Shown here: positions 12,366 through 26,489 of the stretch, in pieces
Layout of the letters: each line of letters starts with the position of its first letter
Numbering within the stretch: the stretch's first letter is position 1
Assembly: GCA_030390025.1 (NCBI GenBank)
Contig: CM059432.1
Coordinates: 104,410,001 to 104,474,000 of the forward strand
Reading direction: 5' to 3'
DNA: 64,000 nt
DNA from: Squalus acanthias
Taxonomy: Eukaryota
Notes under the pieces: generated by a model
What the model was told of the DNA's origin: nothing
Databases searched by the model: none
The model's input: the letters and a program-made list of their open reading frames with translations, nothing else
Made by a program: the position numbers and the translations under genes

Positions 12366-15300
12366 CGCCCTAAGCGAGACCCGGTGGGCAGGGGAAGGCC
12401 AGCTCAAGGAGCAAGGCGATGGTTACACCTTCTTCTGGAAAGGCAAACCTGAAGAAGAACGCCGCCTCCATGGGGTAGGCTTCGCCATAAAAAATGAGCT
12501 AGTTGAACGTCTCACAGACTCCCCTTGTGGAATAAACGAATGCCCCATGACTCTGCGGCTCACCCCAGCCCAGAACCAGTGTGCTACGGTCATCAGTGTG
12601 TACGCCCCAACACTGGAAGTCACAGACGAGACCAAAGAGGAATTCTACTCCAGCCTCGAACAATCCCTGTCCCGAGTCCCAAGGGGCAACAAGCTGATCC
12701 TCCTTGACGACTTTAACGCCAGAGTTGGAAAGGACACAGACCTCTGGGGAGGTGTGATCGGTAGAGAGGGGGTAGGGAAAACCAACTCCAAGGGTACCCT
12801 CCTCCTGACGAAATGCTCAGAACATGGCCTTGTCATAACCAACACCTTGTTCCGTCAGAGAGAAAGTACAAGGCTTCATGGCAACACCCTCGCTCCAAGC
12901 ACTGGCATCTGCTGGACTACGTCATCGTCCGAGCGAGGGACCGCAAGGATGTCCGCATCACCCACGCCATGACAGGAGCTGACGACTGCTGGACAGACCA
13001 CCGCCTAATCCGCTCTGTCATCTCCATCAACGTAGCCCCAAAACAGCGGTGGCAACAGAAGCAATGCCGCAGGAAAATCAACGCTGGAGCACTCAAAGAC
13101 CCTGCTAAGAAAGCCCTATTCAGCCTGTGCCTCACAACCAACTTGACCACTCCCAGTGATTCAGAGACACAGAGTGTCCACAGCGCCTGGTCTGCACTCA
13201 AGGCCTCCATAATCAGCACCTGTGAAGAGACGCTCGGTCACTCGACCAGGAAACACCAAGACTGGTTCGATGAGAATGACCAGGAGATCCAGGAGCTAAT
13301 AAGCCGCAAGCGCAAGGCATTCCTGATCTGGAAACAGCAACACAACTCGAGAGCAAGAAAGCAGCTCTATAGACGCCTGAAGGCTGAGGTCCAACAAAAA
13401 ACTTGTGACCTAAAGAACAGATGGTGGGTGGAGAAAGCACAGGAGATCCAGCAGCTAGTCGACAACCACGATGTGCGTGGATTCTTTAGTGCAGTCAAGA
13501 CCACCTACAGCCCAAGCAACCAAGGTCCTACCCCACTGCGGGGCAAGAACGGAGAGGTACTCATCAAGAACAGAGAGGCAGTCAGTGCCCGCTGGAAAGA
13601 GCACTTCGAAGATCTCCTTAACCGAGACTCTGTCTTCGACGTGAGTGTCCTCAACTCCATCCCGCAGCATAGAAACATAGAAACATAGAAGATAAGAGCA
13701 GGAGTAGGCCATTCGGCCCCTCGAGCCTGCTCCGCCATTCAATGCGATCATGGCTGATCATCCAAATTCAGTACCCTGTCCTTGCTTTCTCCCCATATTC
13801 CTTGATCCCCTTAGCCTTAAGAAATATATCTAACTCCTTCTTGAATATATTTAATGAATTGGACTCAACTGTCTTCTGTGGTAGAGAATTCCACAGGTTC
13901 ACCACTCTCTGGGTGAAGAAATTCCTCCTCATCTCTGTCCTAAATGGCTTACCCCTTATCCTTAGACTGTGACCCCTGGTTCTGGACTCCCCCGCCACCG
14001 GGAACATCCTTCCTGCATCTAGTCTGTCTAGTCCTGTTAGAATTTTATAAGTTTCAATGAGATCCCCTCTCATTCTTCTAAACTCTAGCGAATATAAGAC
14101 CAATTGACCCAATCTCTCTTCATACGTCATTCCTGCCATCCCAGGTATCAGTCTGGTGAATCTTCGCTGCACTCTCTCCATGGCAAGAACATCCTTCCTC
14201 AGATAAGGCGACCAAAACTGCACACAATACTCAAGGTGTGGTCTCACCAAGGCCCTGTACAACTGCAGCAAGACATCCTTGCTCCTGTACTTGAATCCTC
14301 TCGCAATGAAGGCCAACATACCATTTGCCTTCTTAACCGCCTGCTGCACCTGCATGCTTACCTTCAGCGACTGGTGCACAAGGACACCCAGGTCTCATTG
14401 CACTTCCCCTTTTCCCAATCTATTGCCGTTCAGATAATAATCTGCCTTCCTGTTTTTGCCACCGAAGTGGATAACCTCGCATTTATCCACATTATACTGC
14501 ATCTGCCATGCATCTGCCCAATCACCCAACCTACCCGCCACTACCATCAGCACAACCCCAGCCCAGCATGAAGTTGAAAAGGCCATCCGACAACTGAAGA
14601 ACAACAAGGCCTCAGGAGCAGATGGAATCCCCGCCGAGGCACTTAAACATGGCGGAGAAGCACTATCAGCGTGAATACATGAACTCATTTCTCTTATTTG
14701 GAAGGAGGAGAGCATGCCAGAGGAATCTCAGAGATGCCGTAATTGTGACCATCTTCAAGAAAGGTGACAAGTCCGATTGTGGTAATTATAGAGGAGTCTC
14801 CCTGCTGTCTGCCACAGGGAAAATCATCGCAAGAATCCTCCTCAATCACCTTCTCCCAGTGGCTGAAGAGCTCCTCCCAGAGTCGCAATGCGGATTTCGC
14901 CCACTAAGGGGCACAATGGACATGATCTTCACCGCGCGTCAACTACAAGAGAAATGCAGGGAACAGCACCAACCGCTGTACATGGCCTCTTTGACCTCAC
15001 AAAGTCCTTCGACACCGTCAACCGTGAGGGATTATGGAGTGTCCTCCTCAAATTCGGCTGCCCTCATAAGTTTGTCACCATCCTCCGCCTGCTTCATGAC
15101 GACATGCAAGCCGTGATCCTAACCAACGGATCCACCACAGACCCAATTCACATACGGACTGGGGTCAAGCAAGGCTGTGTCATCGCACCAATGCTCTTCT
15201 CGATCTTCCTTGCTGCAATGCTCCATCTCACCCTCAGTAAGCTCCCCGCTGGAGTGGAGCTAATCTACAGAACAAACGGGAAACTGTTCCACCTCTGTCG

Positions 15301-16348
15301 CCTCCAGTCCAGATCCAAGGTCATCCCATCCTCTGTCATCGAATTACAGTATGCAGACGATGCTTGCGTCTGCGCACACTCGGAGGTCAAACTCCAAACC
15401 ATCGTCAACACCTTCAACGAAGCATACGAGAGCATGGGTCTTACACTAAACATCCGTAAGACAAAGGTCCTCTACCAACCTGTCCCCGCCACACAGTACT
15501 GCTCCCCGATTATCAAAATCCACGACGAGGCCTTGGACAACGTGACCACTTTCCATACCTCGGGAGCCTACTGTCAACAAGGGCAGACGTCGATGATGAA
15601 GTCCAACACCGCCTTCAGTGTGCCAGTGCAGCCTTCAGTCGCCTGAGGAAGAGAGTGTTTGAATACCAGGACCTCAAACCCAGCACCAAGCTCATGGTCT
15701 ACAGAGCAGTCGTGATACTCGCCCTCCTGTATGCTTCAGAGACATGGTCCATGTACACCAGGCATCTCAAAGCACTGGAGAGGTACCACCAACGCTGCCT
15801 CCGCAAGATCCTGCAAATCCATTGGCAGGATAGGCACACCAATGTCAGTGTTCTCGCTCAGGCCAACATCCCCAGCATCGAAGCTTTGACCACGCTCGAT
15901 CAGCTCCGATGGACGGGCCACATCGTCCGCATGCCCGATACGAGACTCCCAAAACAAACGCTATACACGGCAAGAGAGCCCAGGTGGGCAGAGGAAACGC
16001 TTCAAGGACACCCTAAAAGCCTCCTTGAAAAAGTGCAACATCCCCACCGACACCTGGGAATCCCTGGCCCAAGACCGCACAAAGTGGAGGAGAAGCATCC
16101 GGGAAGGCACCGAACACCTCGAGTCTCTTCGCCGGGAGCAAGCGGAAGCCAATCGCAAACAGCGGAAGGAGCGCATGTCAACCCAAGCACCCCACCCACC
16201 TGCCCCTTCAACCACCGTCTGCCCCACCTATGACAGAGACTGTAGGTCCCGCATTGGACTCATCAGTTACCTGAGAACTCATTTTTAGTGTGGAAGCAAG
16301 TCATCCTCGGTTCCGAGGGACTGCCTAATAAGAAGAAAAGAAGAAGAA
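12366..16348 (+). mobile_element. RTE-clade (BovB-like) LINE, 5'-truncated and frameshifted, interrupted by a CR1 insertion
   Basis: Endonuclease motifs YTFFWKG, GVGFAI, VYAPT, DFNARVG and WTDHRL; RT motifs GVKQGCVIAP and LQYADD; C-terminal CPTYDRDCRSRIGLISYLRTH zinc-finger remnant; short 3' UTR ending in (GAA)n. Confidence 0.9.
13668..14530 (-). mobile_element. 5'-truncated CR1 LINE nested in the RTE element
   Basis: ORF 13768-14379 carries LVRPHLEYCVQFWSPY...RVVNLWNSLP, with a (TTCTATGT)n tail. The RTE reading PQH|(A)TRH resumes at 14531. Confidence 0.92.
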
Positions 16349-16778
16349 CATGCCGATGATTCCGATGAATCCTGTAGGCGCAGACATGATTGTCCCGATC
16401 CCGTTGAACAGTGACTCAGCACACTGCCTGTATACCTGTGAGAATCAACGCCGCTGTTGCTGTGTATACATACACACGAAGGCGAAGCACAGACAATTCT
16501 GCAGCAGCATTAACAGTAAAACATCCCAAAAAAATCAGTTTAGGTGTCACAAATTCACCTTAAACTTTTCCACTCGAAGGTTGAACACTGTGTCCTTCCA
16601 TGATCCCTAAAAATGGCTTTGGGATCCCATCCTCATTGCCAAAATGTAATATATGTGGATAGAACAAATGAAGGACAGTGACACCATGAGTTGCTAGTCT
16701 ATGTGCTTGTTTACAAGGCCAGAGTGAACTGAGCATGCTCATACTAAACCATGTGACAAACCATGTGACAATACATTA

Positions 16779-18360
16779 CAGTCGGAAGGTCATCTTGGGG
16801 TTAAATACGACACCAACGTTGCGAAGAGTGTGGTTCAGCCCCAGACAATTGCCAGGGAGAGGGATGGAGTCATTGGCTCGGGAAAAGAGCTTGTGGCGGG
16901 GACCGAAGACAATGGCTTCAGTCTTCCCAATATTTAGTTGGAGGAAATTTCTGCTTATCCAGTACTGGATGTCGGACAAGCAGTCTGACAATTTTGAGAC
17001 AGTGGAGGAGTCGAGAGAGGTGGTGATGAGGTAGAGCTGGGTGTCATCAGTGTACATGTGGAACCTGATGTTGTTTTTTTGGATGATGTCATCGAGGGAC
17101 AGCATGTAGATGAGAAATAGGAGGAGGACAAGGATAGATCCTTGGGGGTCACCAGAGGTAACGGTGTGGGAGCAGGAAAAGAAGCCATTGCAGGTGAGTC
17201 TCTGGCTATGACCGGATAGAGAAGAATGGAATCAGGCGAGAACAGTCCCACCCAGCTGGACAACGGAGGAGAGGTGTTGGAGGAGGATGGTGTGGTCAAC
17301 CGTGTCAAAGGCTGCAGACAGGTCGAGAAGCGTGAGGAGGGATAGTTTACCCATGGTTACAGTCACATAGGATGTCACTTGTGACTTTGATAAGAGCCAT
17401 TTCGGTACAGTGGCAGGGGCGGAAACCTGATTGGAGGGATTCAAACATGGAGTTCCGGGCAAGATGGGTACGGATTTGGGAGGCGACAACATGTTCAAGG
17501 ACTTTGGAGAGGAAAGGGAGGTTAGAGATGGGGCGGGAGTTTGCAAGGACAGAGGGGTCAATGGTTGTTTTTTTGAGGAGAGGGATCATGACCACAGATT
17601 TGAAGGGGCGGGGGACAGTACCTGAGGAGAGAGAACCATTAACAATATTAGCTAACATGGGGGCCAGGAAGGGAAGTTGGGTGGTCAGCAATTTAGTGGG
17701 AATAGGGTCGAGGGAGCAGGAGTTGGGTCTTATGGACGAAATGAGCTCAGAGAAGGCATGAGGGGAGATAGGAAAATGCTAGTTCAGGACTAGGGCAGGG
17801 GGGAACCTTAGAGGATGTTTGGCCTGGTGGGCTAGGGGAAGTGAGGGAAGCGGCAGAGGCAGCTGAACGGATGGTCTTAATCTTTGTGACAAAGAAGTCC
17901 ATGAGCTCCTCGCACTTGTTGTTGGAGGTGGGGGTGGAAGAGGTAGGGGAGAGGGGCTTAAGAAGACGGTTTGCAGTAGAGAAAGGAAGCCGCGGGTTAT
18001 CTTTGCATTCCATGAATGGCTAAACCAGTCTCCACCATACACGTTCAAGTCTGCATCCCTTGGACTTAAGGGAGCAGAGATGAGGGCCGGACCAGGGGTA
18101 ACGACCAGGGTGAGAGAGAGTAATGGTTTTAATGGGGGCAAGGGCATCCAAGGTGGAGGTGAGCGTGTGGTAACTGCAAAAATGTCATGGCGGCTGGAGG
18201 GCCGAAAGCTAGACAGTTGGAATTTTGAAAGTCCAGTTGTAAGTGAATTGGAAAGAGTTTTTTCCTGGGGCAGACACAGAAGAAAGTAGGGTTGGGAGAG
18301 GGAAGGGGGATGCGGGTAGAGAGTGATACAAGGACCAGCTAATTCTGCACAGACCTGCAA
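16779..18360 (-). mobile_element. L2-clade LINE ORF2 fragment
   Basis: Motifs RPISNLPFLSKVLE, LQSGFRP, LLDLSAAFDTVDH, YTDDTQLY and NFLQLNIGKTE, spread across frameshifts. Confidence 0.88.
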
Positions 18361-19447
18361 TCTTCCCTTCCTGCATAGCTCAGCTACTCACTGTCGGAGT
18401 CATCACAGGAGAGAAACCACCATAGATTTTATTTAATTTTAAAAATTATTGTCGAATTTCTCTCTTCTTGGCTCCCTTCTGTGAAGTGGCCTTCTCTAAT
18501 TTAAATTATTCATTTGATTCAAAATATGTTAACACAAATGTAAACACGATTTCTTGGAGAAGTGACAGCATAATCTTTCACACTAGTGCACATGAAAAGA
18601 ACAACTAGGCTGGCTCCTTGCCATCTTTTTCACACACACTTGCTCGAGATGAATATTATTCCTGTAAGAATTACCCCATTCATACATATTAACAAGCTAC
18701 CTCTTTATTTGCGAACATGTAACCCTTTCAGCACACGCTGCACGGGTGCATTTCAAAAGCTGGCACATACAAGAAAGATATTTGGTTAATGGGGAATTAA
18801 CTCCATGTACATGTCCTCACTGAAAGTAATCCGTGGCGGGGGTGGGGGTGGTGGGGGGAGAGGCAGGTGAATGTTTGGGGTGGAGATACTTTGTTAAAAT
18901 GCAGTGCTAGTGGGGTGGGGGTGTGGAGGAGCGGGTGCTGCGCCCTTGGTACTGGGCTGCTTTTCCTTCCCTCTTTTTGGGACTGGCCCACTGTGTTTTG
19001 CCAGCATTTTTTGTTTCAATTTCAAACCAGACCAGTAGGCCTTTTGTATTTCGATTTCTACCATTTTCTCACCTTCATCCCTGGGGGCACCACTCAGTGC
19101 CTTAGCTACTCACCTTCTTTGTTTCTTTCATAGCTTTGTTTGTTAATGCTTATTTCTATTGTCTGAGTGAAACTTTCACATCATCTAACAATTTCTTGCT
19201 TTTCTCTTAAGCAGGCTCCAAGCCATTCAACTGATACTTCCTCTCTGTCCTTGGCATATCAATTAGATATTTCCCTCCCACCTCTTGTGTTTTTCCTGAC
19301 TCTTGCTCATTTTTAAAGCTTGTTCATCTCACATTGTTCACTTCTGAAGAAGAGTCTGACTCAAAATGTTCTCTCCACAGATGCTGACTGATCTGCTGTG
19401 TGTTTCCAGCATTTTCTGTCTTTGTTACAAATAGGTAGACACACATA

Positions 19448-20692
19448 GGCCAAGAAATTCGGTAGCATCCATTTTTGGGCGCCTTACCCGCAGAGTGCTA
19501 ACAGCCCGCGCTCAAATGGGAGGTCAGAGGAGTTTTGGTCCTTGGACCTCGTTATCATGTAGATGGCACAGGAGCCCGCACTGGTTCGTGTGCCAATTTT
19601 AGGTCAGTGATTAGGTTGGATCATGGGGGTCTGGAGGAGGAACAGCTGGGCCTCGGATCCGATCGGAGGGCTATCAGGGGTCGGGAAAGAAGATTGCGGG
19701 GGTCTGAAGGAGGAATGGCTGGGCCTTGGAGTCCGTCGGAGGGCTGGGAGGGTCGAGGACGAAGATTGCGGGGGTCTGGTGGAGGAATGGCTGGGCCTTG
19801 GAGTCCGTCGGAGGGCTGGGAGGGTCGAGGACGAAGATTGCGGGGGTTGGCTGGGCCTTGGAGTCCGTCGGAGGGCTGGGAGGGTCGAGGACGAAGATTG
19901 CGGGGGTCTGGAGGAGGAATGGCTGGGCCTTGGAGTCCGTCGGAGGGCTGGGAGGGTCGAGGACGAAGATTGCGGGGGTCTGGAGGAGGAATGGCTGGGC
20001 CTCGGAGTCTGATCGGAGGGCTGTCGGGGGTCGGGTAGGAAGATCGCAGAGGTCTGGAGTATTGTTGGGGGGTCGGGAGTGTTGTTGGGGTCGGGGGGGG
20101 GGGCGGTGAGTTAGAAGTTCGGGGCCGGGGGGAGATTGGGGAGGGTCTGGGGGTCAGAGTTGGGACTGAAGTCGGCGATTTCAGAGCAGATGCCAAAAAA
20201 AAGAAAAATATATAATTAATTGAGAAAATTATCTTTCGGATCCTGTAACTGCCATTTGATGACCTGTGCACAGCAGAACTGAACATAAAAATTAGTGCAG
20301 TTCTAGCTACCAATGCTACTTTTGTTTCCTTTAAAGATTTGATTGTTGCAATTTTTAAAATCGTCCTGGAAAACGATGGCCTAGAAACTCGATAGCGCTG
20401 TGCCCGTTTTTCAGTTGCTAACCGGGCACCTAAGCCTCCAATATGGCAGGCAGGAAGCACACGCTCATTACGAGCTGGAAGTGTCGAGCCCGCCATATTG
20501 CTATAGGCAAAAAAATGGGTGTCCAGAGCCCACGCCTGAAAAGGCATTAGGTCCTTTGCATATGCAAATAAGGGTCCTAACGCCAGTTTGTGGCCTTCAT
20601 GTGCAAAATTGGGTTGCCCTGAATGTGACCTATTAGAAGCCTCTTCGCCAGCGAGCTGCCTAGGGATGCCCAGTGTAATTTAAATTAGGCCC
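19448..20692. mobile_element. Non-autonomous TIR element (Harbinger-like termini) carrying a tandem array
   Basis: Ends are GGCCAAGAAATT and AAATTAGGCCC, similar to the Harbinger termini at 30033 and 35026. Confidence 0.5.
19624..20035. repeat. 72-bp G-rich minisatellite, about 5.5 units, one unit shortened by 12 bp
   Basis: Unit cgggggtctggaggaggaatggctgggccttggagtccgtcggagggctgggagggtcgaggacgaagattg is repeated directly. Confidence 0.95.
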
Positions 20693-21200
20693 TAGGTCCA
20701 ATATTGGGTGCACCTCAGGTCTACCCATTCAGATGCAAACAAATATCTATCCCTATAGCTCCAGCATATGGATTTCTGACCTACTGGGTAGAGCCCACTT
20801 CTCTGAGAAAAAAGATTTTTTTAAGCAGAAGATATAAACTGACTGAAAAACACCGATATAGCCTGCTTCAAATGACTCTTCCCATGCTTTTTCCCTAGGC
20901 TGCCTAGTGGCACATATGGCAGTTCCACAGTGTTTTCATTTAGCCCAGCCCTCCCAGGTGTTAGCTTTCTATAGGACTAACTATACTCCATTAAATGCTT
21001 TGAGGAACAAATGTTTCCCTTTTGTCTGTTGGAATATTTATGCTAGACTTTAGCATTTCTGAAAAGTGGTTTCTGCCTTGTAACAATGCTAAAGTTCTAA
21101 GATTTGGATCTTGGCCTGTCTCCAGAGAGAACATTTGGGCTTCATACCTTGTGGAATATAACTCCAGTGTGATGTCAGACCAGATTTGCAAAATGCTGAG

Positions 21201-21285
21201 GCATGATCTTATTGAATGGCGGAGCAGGCTCGAGGGGCCGTATGGCTCACTCCTGCTCTTATTTCTTTATTTCTTATGTTCTTAT
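21201..21285 (+). mobile_element. CR1/SINE 3' tail fragment
   Basis: Same tail motif as at 9270-9349. Confidence 0.7.
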
Positions 21286-22329
21286 CTACTGGCCCTCCTG
21301 GACACTTTATAAACTTACGCAGAAGTCATTTAAATGTACTGACTGGATGCTACCATCCTTACTCTTGATACACTTACATTTTAATGGCTGGGAGCAGAGC
21401 TCTGTGCGATATATGAGCACGTATGGATCGGATCGGATCGGATCGGAGAGTCCCGATTACAGCAGGCAATGTAAGCAAGGTACTGCCGGTCGCAAATGAA
21501 TACTGGGGCTACTGATCTGAGATCAGCATAACTGCATCTTACAATAAATTGGTTACATCTTTTTAAGCTAGTTTAAGAATGACACATCCCCACTTTCTTT
21601 CCTTAATCTGTGACTGACAAAATACAGTATGAAATGAGATTTATTGACTCAAGTCTTGCATTGGCAAAATCTTCAAGCTACTGAGAACTGAGTGTGTCTT
21701 GAAGCTAAATTGGTGACCAAAAATTGCTGGTTTACATTGGAAGCTGCAAACTATTTAATATGAATTGTCTTGTAGCTGGTACCTACATAAGAAAACCAAA
21801 TAACTTTTTTCCACACTCCTTATTCTCCTTTGCAACAGTTTCCCATTACTATTCTTTTTACATTGTTGTATAGTGAAATCTAACACAAGCAAAGTGAAAT
21901 GAAAGATCTTGTGGAAACATTTCCTTCCTCGTGTTCTACAGCAGTGTTTTGGGGTGGTTCAGTTACAGGAAAAGTACAGGATTTCTGAGTTGCTTTGTGA
22001 ACCTCAGAACCAATCAGCCTGGGCTGTGCTACACACTGAATACAGAGCAGCAGTCGTTTGTCCACATGCCTTGAATCTAATTAGAGTCTCCTAGTTAATA
22101 CAGACTAGCTAAAACATGCAGGCTTTGCTTCGATATTATCTTGCATTCAGTCACTGAATCTGAGAGGTCAGCATCGGCACATACCTGAATGACTATTGAA
22201 TGGACATCCATACAGAACAGATTGCAAAGTATCCCTTAAAAGTAACTATTAACTGTATTATTAACTAACCCTTGACTAATTACCTTACAGTGATATTGCA
22301 AGTGATTTAATCTGTTCATAGTCACTAAA

Positions 22330-23000
22330 AAGCATGCCTCGGCTCCTTTGTCAATGGCATGTTTAAGGTATAGCATTCCTTCTCGAGGATGCTCTGTTTG
22401 CTGATGTGTGACAGAAGGACGCAGTGGATAAGAAAGGATTGGTGAAGTGATCACGGGAGTTTAAGAGGAAACTGTCCATTAACAAGTCACGTTCTGAGTC
22501 TGCATCATTGAAGTTGCTGCATTCTACTTTGAGCTCCTGGATACCAGCATGAAGCTCCATTAATTGTTTGATCAGCAATTGGTAGAAAGAATGTATTTCC
22601 ATTTGTAAAGAAGAATTTGAGAAGTAGTTGAAGTCACTGACAAAAGATTCTTTATTCCTGAAAATACATGCAAATTTTGTGAAGCTGCTATGAATATAAA
22701 ACTGGAAACTTAGAAATAGAGAATAGACATAATTGATGAACTTCTTAAGCTGTAGGAGCCTGGTTTCTGGCAACACTCAAAGTAGGTCAGTATGTGCTGG
22801 GATGGTATCTTTCATAAACTAATCAAGCATATTTCACATCAACATTTGAAACCAGGAACTCATGGTCGTCAGGCACACACATGCTGAGACTTTCTGTGTG
22901 CACCCACAACTCCACAATTTTCTTTTCTGCCACTTTGCCTTTTAATGCTTTGAGCCAAAGTTCTGCCCTTCTTTGGCACATCAACACTAAAACCTTAAAC
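22330..23000 (-). pseudogene. Possible very old hAT-like transposase remnant
   Basis: Only weak resemblance to hAT transposase segments in broken frames; no intact catalytic motif. Confidence 0.3.
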
Positions 23001-23687
23001 TCTTTGACTTGCCCCCAGGAACCCTGTGGTCGGGGATGGGGGTGTTTAGGGGCAGGCCACATCGCCATGTTTTCTAGTTACTCCTTCGTGGCGGTGCCGA
23101 ACAAATATTCATATTGGAAAATGAGGCAGGAGACAGGGAGCGCCGCTTCTGATCGCCTGCACCTACTGCAATTACAGAGTCAGGAGATCCTTGAAAATCT
23201 CTGGGGCCTGTAACAGGGGAAGACACTCAGTGAACTGAATCCCCAGGGGAATGAAAACTGGCCCTCATGATTTTATTACTCCATGGATGGCGATAACCCT
23301 CCATTACTTTACTGAAGTGGCAATTCTTCATGTGTGAGCCGAGAAACTGAGGGGTTGATTTTGACTTCTGAATGAACTTCTCATCACCAGTGGCCCAGAT
23401 TATTTTTGCGGGACCTGGAGGAGCAGGAGTTCTCCTCCAGTCCCACAAAAATAATTCCAAACTTATCTTTGCTGGGCCTCTTCGGCTCCATCGCCAATGG
23501 AACGGATTGGAGTCTGTACGACGCATACTCCGACCAGTTCAAACCTAAAATGGTAATTGTGGTCCTATTTGCATCATAGGACTCCAGCTTGTGAATTAAA
23601 AGGGGCCTACCACCTGAAACAGGCAGGCACTTTGGACAACTAGCAGTAGGTCCCATGGAAAATAGAACCAGCCGCACTATATGGGTT

Positions 23688-26020
23688 AACATAGAAACAT
23701 AGAAACATAGAATATAGGTGCAGGAGTAGACCATTCGGTCCTTCGAGCCTGCACCGCTATTCAATGCGTTCATGGCTGAACATGCTACCTCAGTACCCCA
23801 TTCCTGCTTTCTCGCCATACCCCTTGATCCCCCTAGTTGTGAGTATTATATCTAACTCCCTTTTGAATATATTTAGCGAACTGGCCTCAACAACCTTCTG
23901 TAGTAGAGAATTCCACAGATTCACCACTCTCTGGGTGAAGAAGTTCCTCCTCATCTCAGTCTTAAATGGCTTCCCCTTTATCCTTAGACTGTGACCCCTG
24001 GTTTTAGTTTTCCCTAACATTGGAAACATTCTGCCCGCATCTAATTTGTCTAAACCAGTCAGGATTTTAAACGTCTCTATAAGATCCCCCCTCATTCTTC
24101 TGAACTCCAGAGGATACAAGTTCAGTTGATCCAGTCTTTCTTGATATGTCAGTCTGGCCATCCCAGGAATCAATCTAGTGAACCTTCGTTGCACTCCCTC
24201 AATAGCAAGAATGTCCTTCCTCAAGTTAGGAGACCAAAACTGCACACAATACTCCAGGTGTGGCCTCACCAAGGCCCTGTACAACTGTAGCATCACCTCC
24301 CTACTCCTGTACTCAAATCCCCTTGCTATGAAGGCCATCATGCCATTTGCTTTCTTGACTGCCTGCTGCACTTGCCTTCCCACCTTCAGTGACTGATGTA
24401 CCATGACGCCCAGGTCTCGTTGCACCTCCCCTTTCCCTAATCTGCCACCATTCAGGTAATAGTCTGCCTCCCTATTTTTACCACCAAAGTGGATAACCTC
24501 ACATTTATCCACATTGTACTTCATCTGCCATACATTTGCCCATTCACCCAACCTGTCCAAGTCACTCTGTAGCCTCCTAGCATCCTCCTCATTGTTCACA
24601 CTGCCTCCCAATTTAGTGTCATCCGCAAATTTGGAGATATTACAATTAATCCCTTCGTCCAAATCATTAATATATAATGTAAACAGCTGGGGCCCCAGCA
24701 CCGAACCCTGCGGTACCCCGCTGGTCACTGCCTGCCATTCTGAAAAGTACCCATTTACTCCTACTCTTTGTTTCCTGTGTGCCAACCAGTTCTCAATCCA
24801 CGTCAACACATTACCCCCAATCCCATGTGCTTTAACTTTGCACACCAATCTCTTGTGTGGGACCTTGTCGAAGGCCTTCTGAAAGTCCAAATACACCACA
24901 TCTACTGGTTCCCCCCTGTCCACCCTATTGGAAACATCCTCAAAAAATTCCAGAAGATTTGTCAAGCATGATTTCCCTTTCACAAATCCATGCTGACTTG
25001 GACCTATCATGTCGCCACTTTCCAAATGGTCTGTTATGACATCTTTAATAATTGATTCCATCATTTTACCCACCACTGATGTCAGGCTGACCGGTCTATA
25101 ATTCCCTGCTTTCTCCCTCCCTCCTTTTTTAAAAAGAGGGGTTACATTAGCCACCCTCCACTCCTTCGGAACTGATCCAGAGTCTAAGGAATGTTGGAAA
25201 ATGATCGTCAATGCATCCACTATTTCCAAGGCCACCTCCTTAAGTACTCTGGGATGCAGACCATCAGGCCCTGGGGATTTATCAGCCTTCAGTCCCATCA
25301 ATTTCCCCAACACCTTTTCCCGACTGATAAGGATTTCCCTGAGCTCCTCCCTCTTACCAGATCCTTTGATCTCTTTTATTCCCGGAAGATTGTTTGTGTC
25401 CTCCACAGTAAACACCGAACCAAAGTACTTGTTCAATTGATCTGCCATTTCTTTGTTCCCCATTATGACTTCCCCTGTTTCTGACTGCAGGGGACCTACG
25501 TTTGTTTTTACTAACCTCTTTCTTTTTACATATTTATAGAAGCTTTTGCAGTCCGTTTTAATGTTCTCCGCAAGCTTCCTTTCATATTTTATTTTCCCTG
25601 CCCTAATCAAACCCTTCGTCCTCCTCTGCTGAGTTTTAAAGTTTTCCCAGTCCCCGGGTTTGCTGCTACTTCTGGCCAATTTGTATGCGACTTCCTTGCT
25701 TTTAATACTATCCCTGATTTCCCTTGTTAGCCATGGTTGAGCTACCTTCCCTTTTTTATTTTTACGCCAGACAGGGATGTACAATTGCTGTAGTTCATCC
25801 ATGCGATCTCTAAATGTCCGCCATTGCCCTTCCACTGATAACCCCTTAAATATCACTTGCCAATCTAACCTCGCCAATTCACGCCTCATACCCTCAAAGT
25901 TGCCCTTATTTAAGTTCTGGACCATGGTCTCTGAATTAACTGTTTCCTTCTCCATCCTAATGTAGAACTCCACCATACTATGGTCACTCTTCCCCAAGGG
26001 GCCTCGCACCACAACGGAGC
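23688..26020 (-). mobile_element. CR1 LINE, 5'-truncated, with an uninterrupted 749-aa ORF2 segment (endonuclease C-terminus plus RT)
   Basis: Motifs LGKSDH, PGPDGLHPRVLKE, NYRPVSLTS, YLDFQKAFDKVPH, GVPQGSVLGP and FADDTKL, with a (TTCTATGT)n tail. Confidence 0.95.
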
Positions 26021-26489
26021 AGTAATAGTTACCGGCCACAGTTCAAGGCCATTACCGCTCAGTTAATGCCAGGTGAAGCAGTGAAAGTCGACCCCTAACT
26101 GTTACTGCCTGCGAAAGGAATCGCAGTCAAGCCTAATCATATCCTCCTCACCCATTGTCCGTACATGTGTACTTTCCAATAGGGGTAACTACATAATGAT
26201 TGAGAACAAAAACACTGGTTGATTTATTTTGCCCTTCCTTTCCCAGAAGTGCTGCAGTGGTTAAACAGCTGCCCCAGATGAAGTAAACTAAGTCAATACA
26301 GAATCAAACCTGGGTCCTCCTGGACAGTGTGGGTTAATTCTACACCGGGAACTGTCTATTATCACTATGCCTCAACTTTAATTTTCTTTTTGACATAAAA
26401 CGTAACGCAGAAATCTAAGGGTAAATTCAACAATTTCGTACTCCCAGCAGGGATCCAGGTCAAAAATAGGGCTACAATGCTGTAGTGCC

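Noticed and set aside
19535..20547. Long repetitive ORFs up to 308 aa, or a CRISPR-like array
   Set aside because: Simple 72-bp tandem repeat with no unique spacers and no cas genes, in a eukaryotic context.
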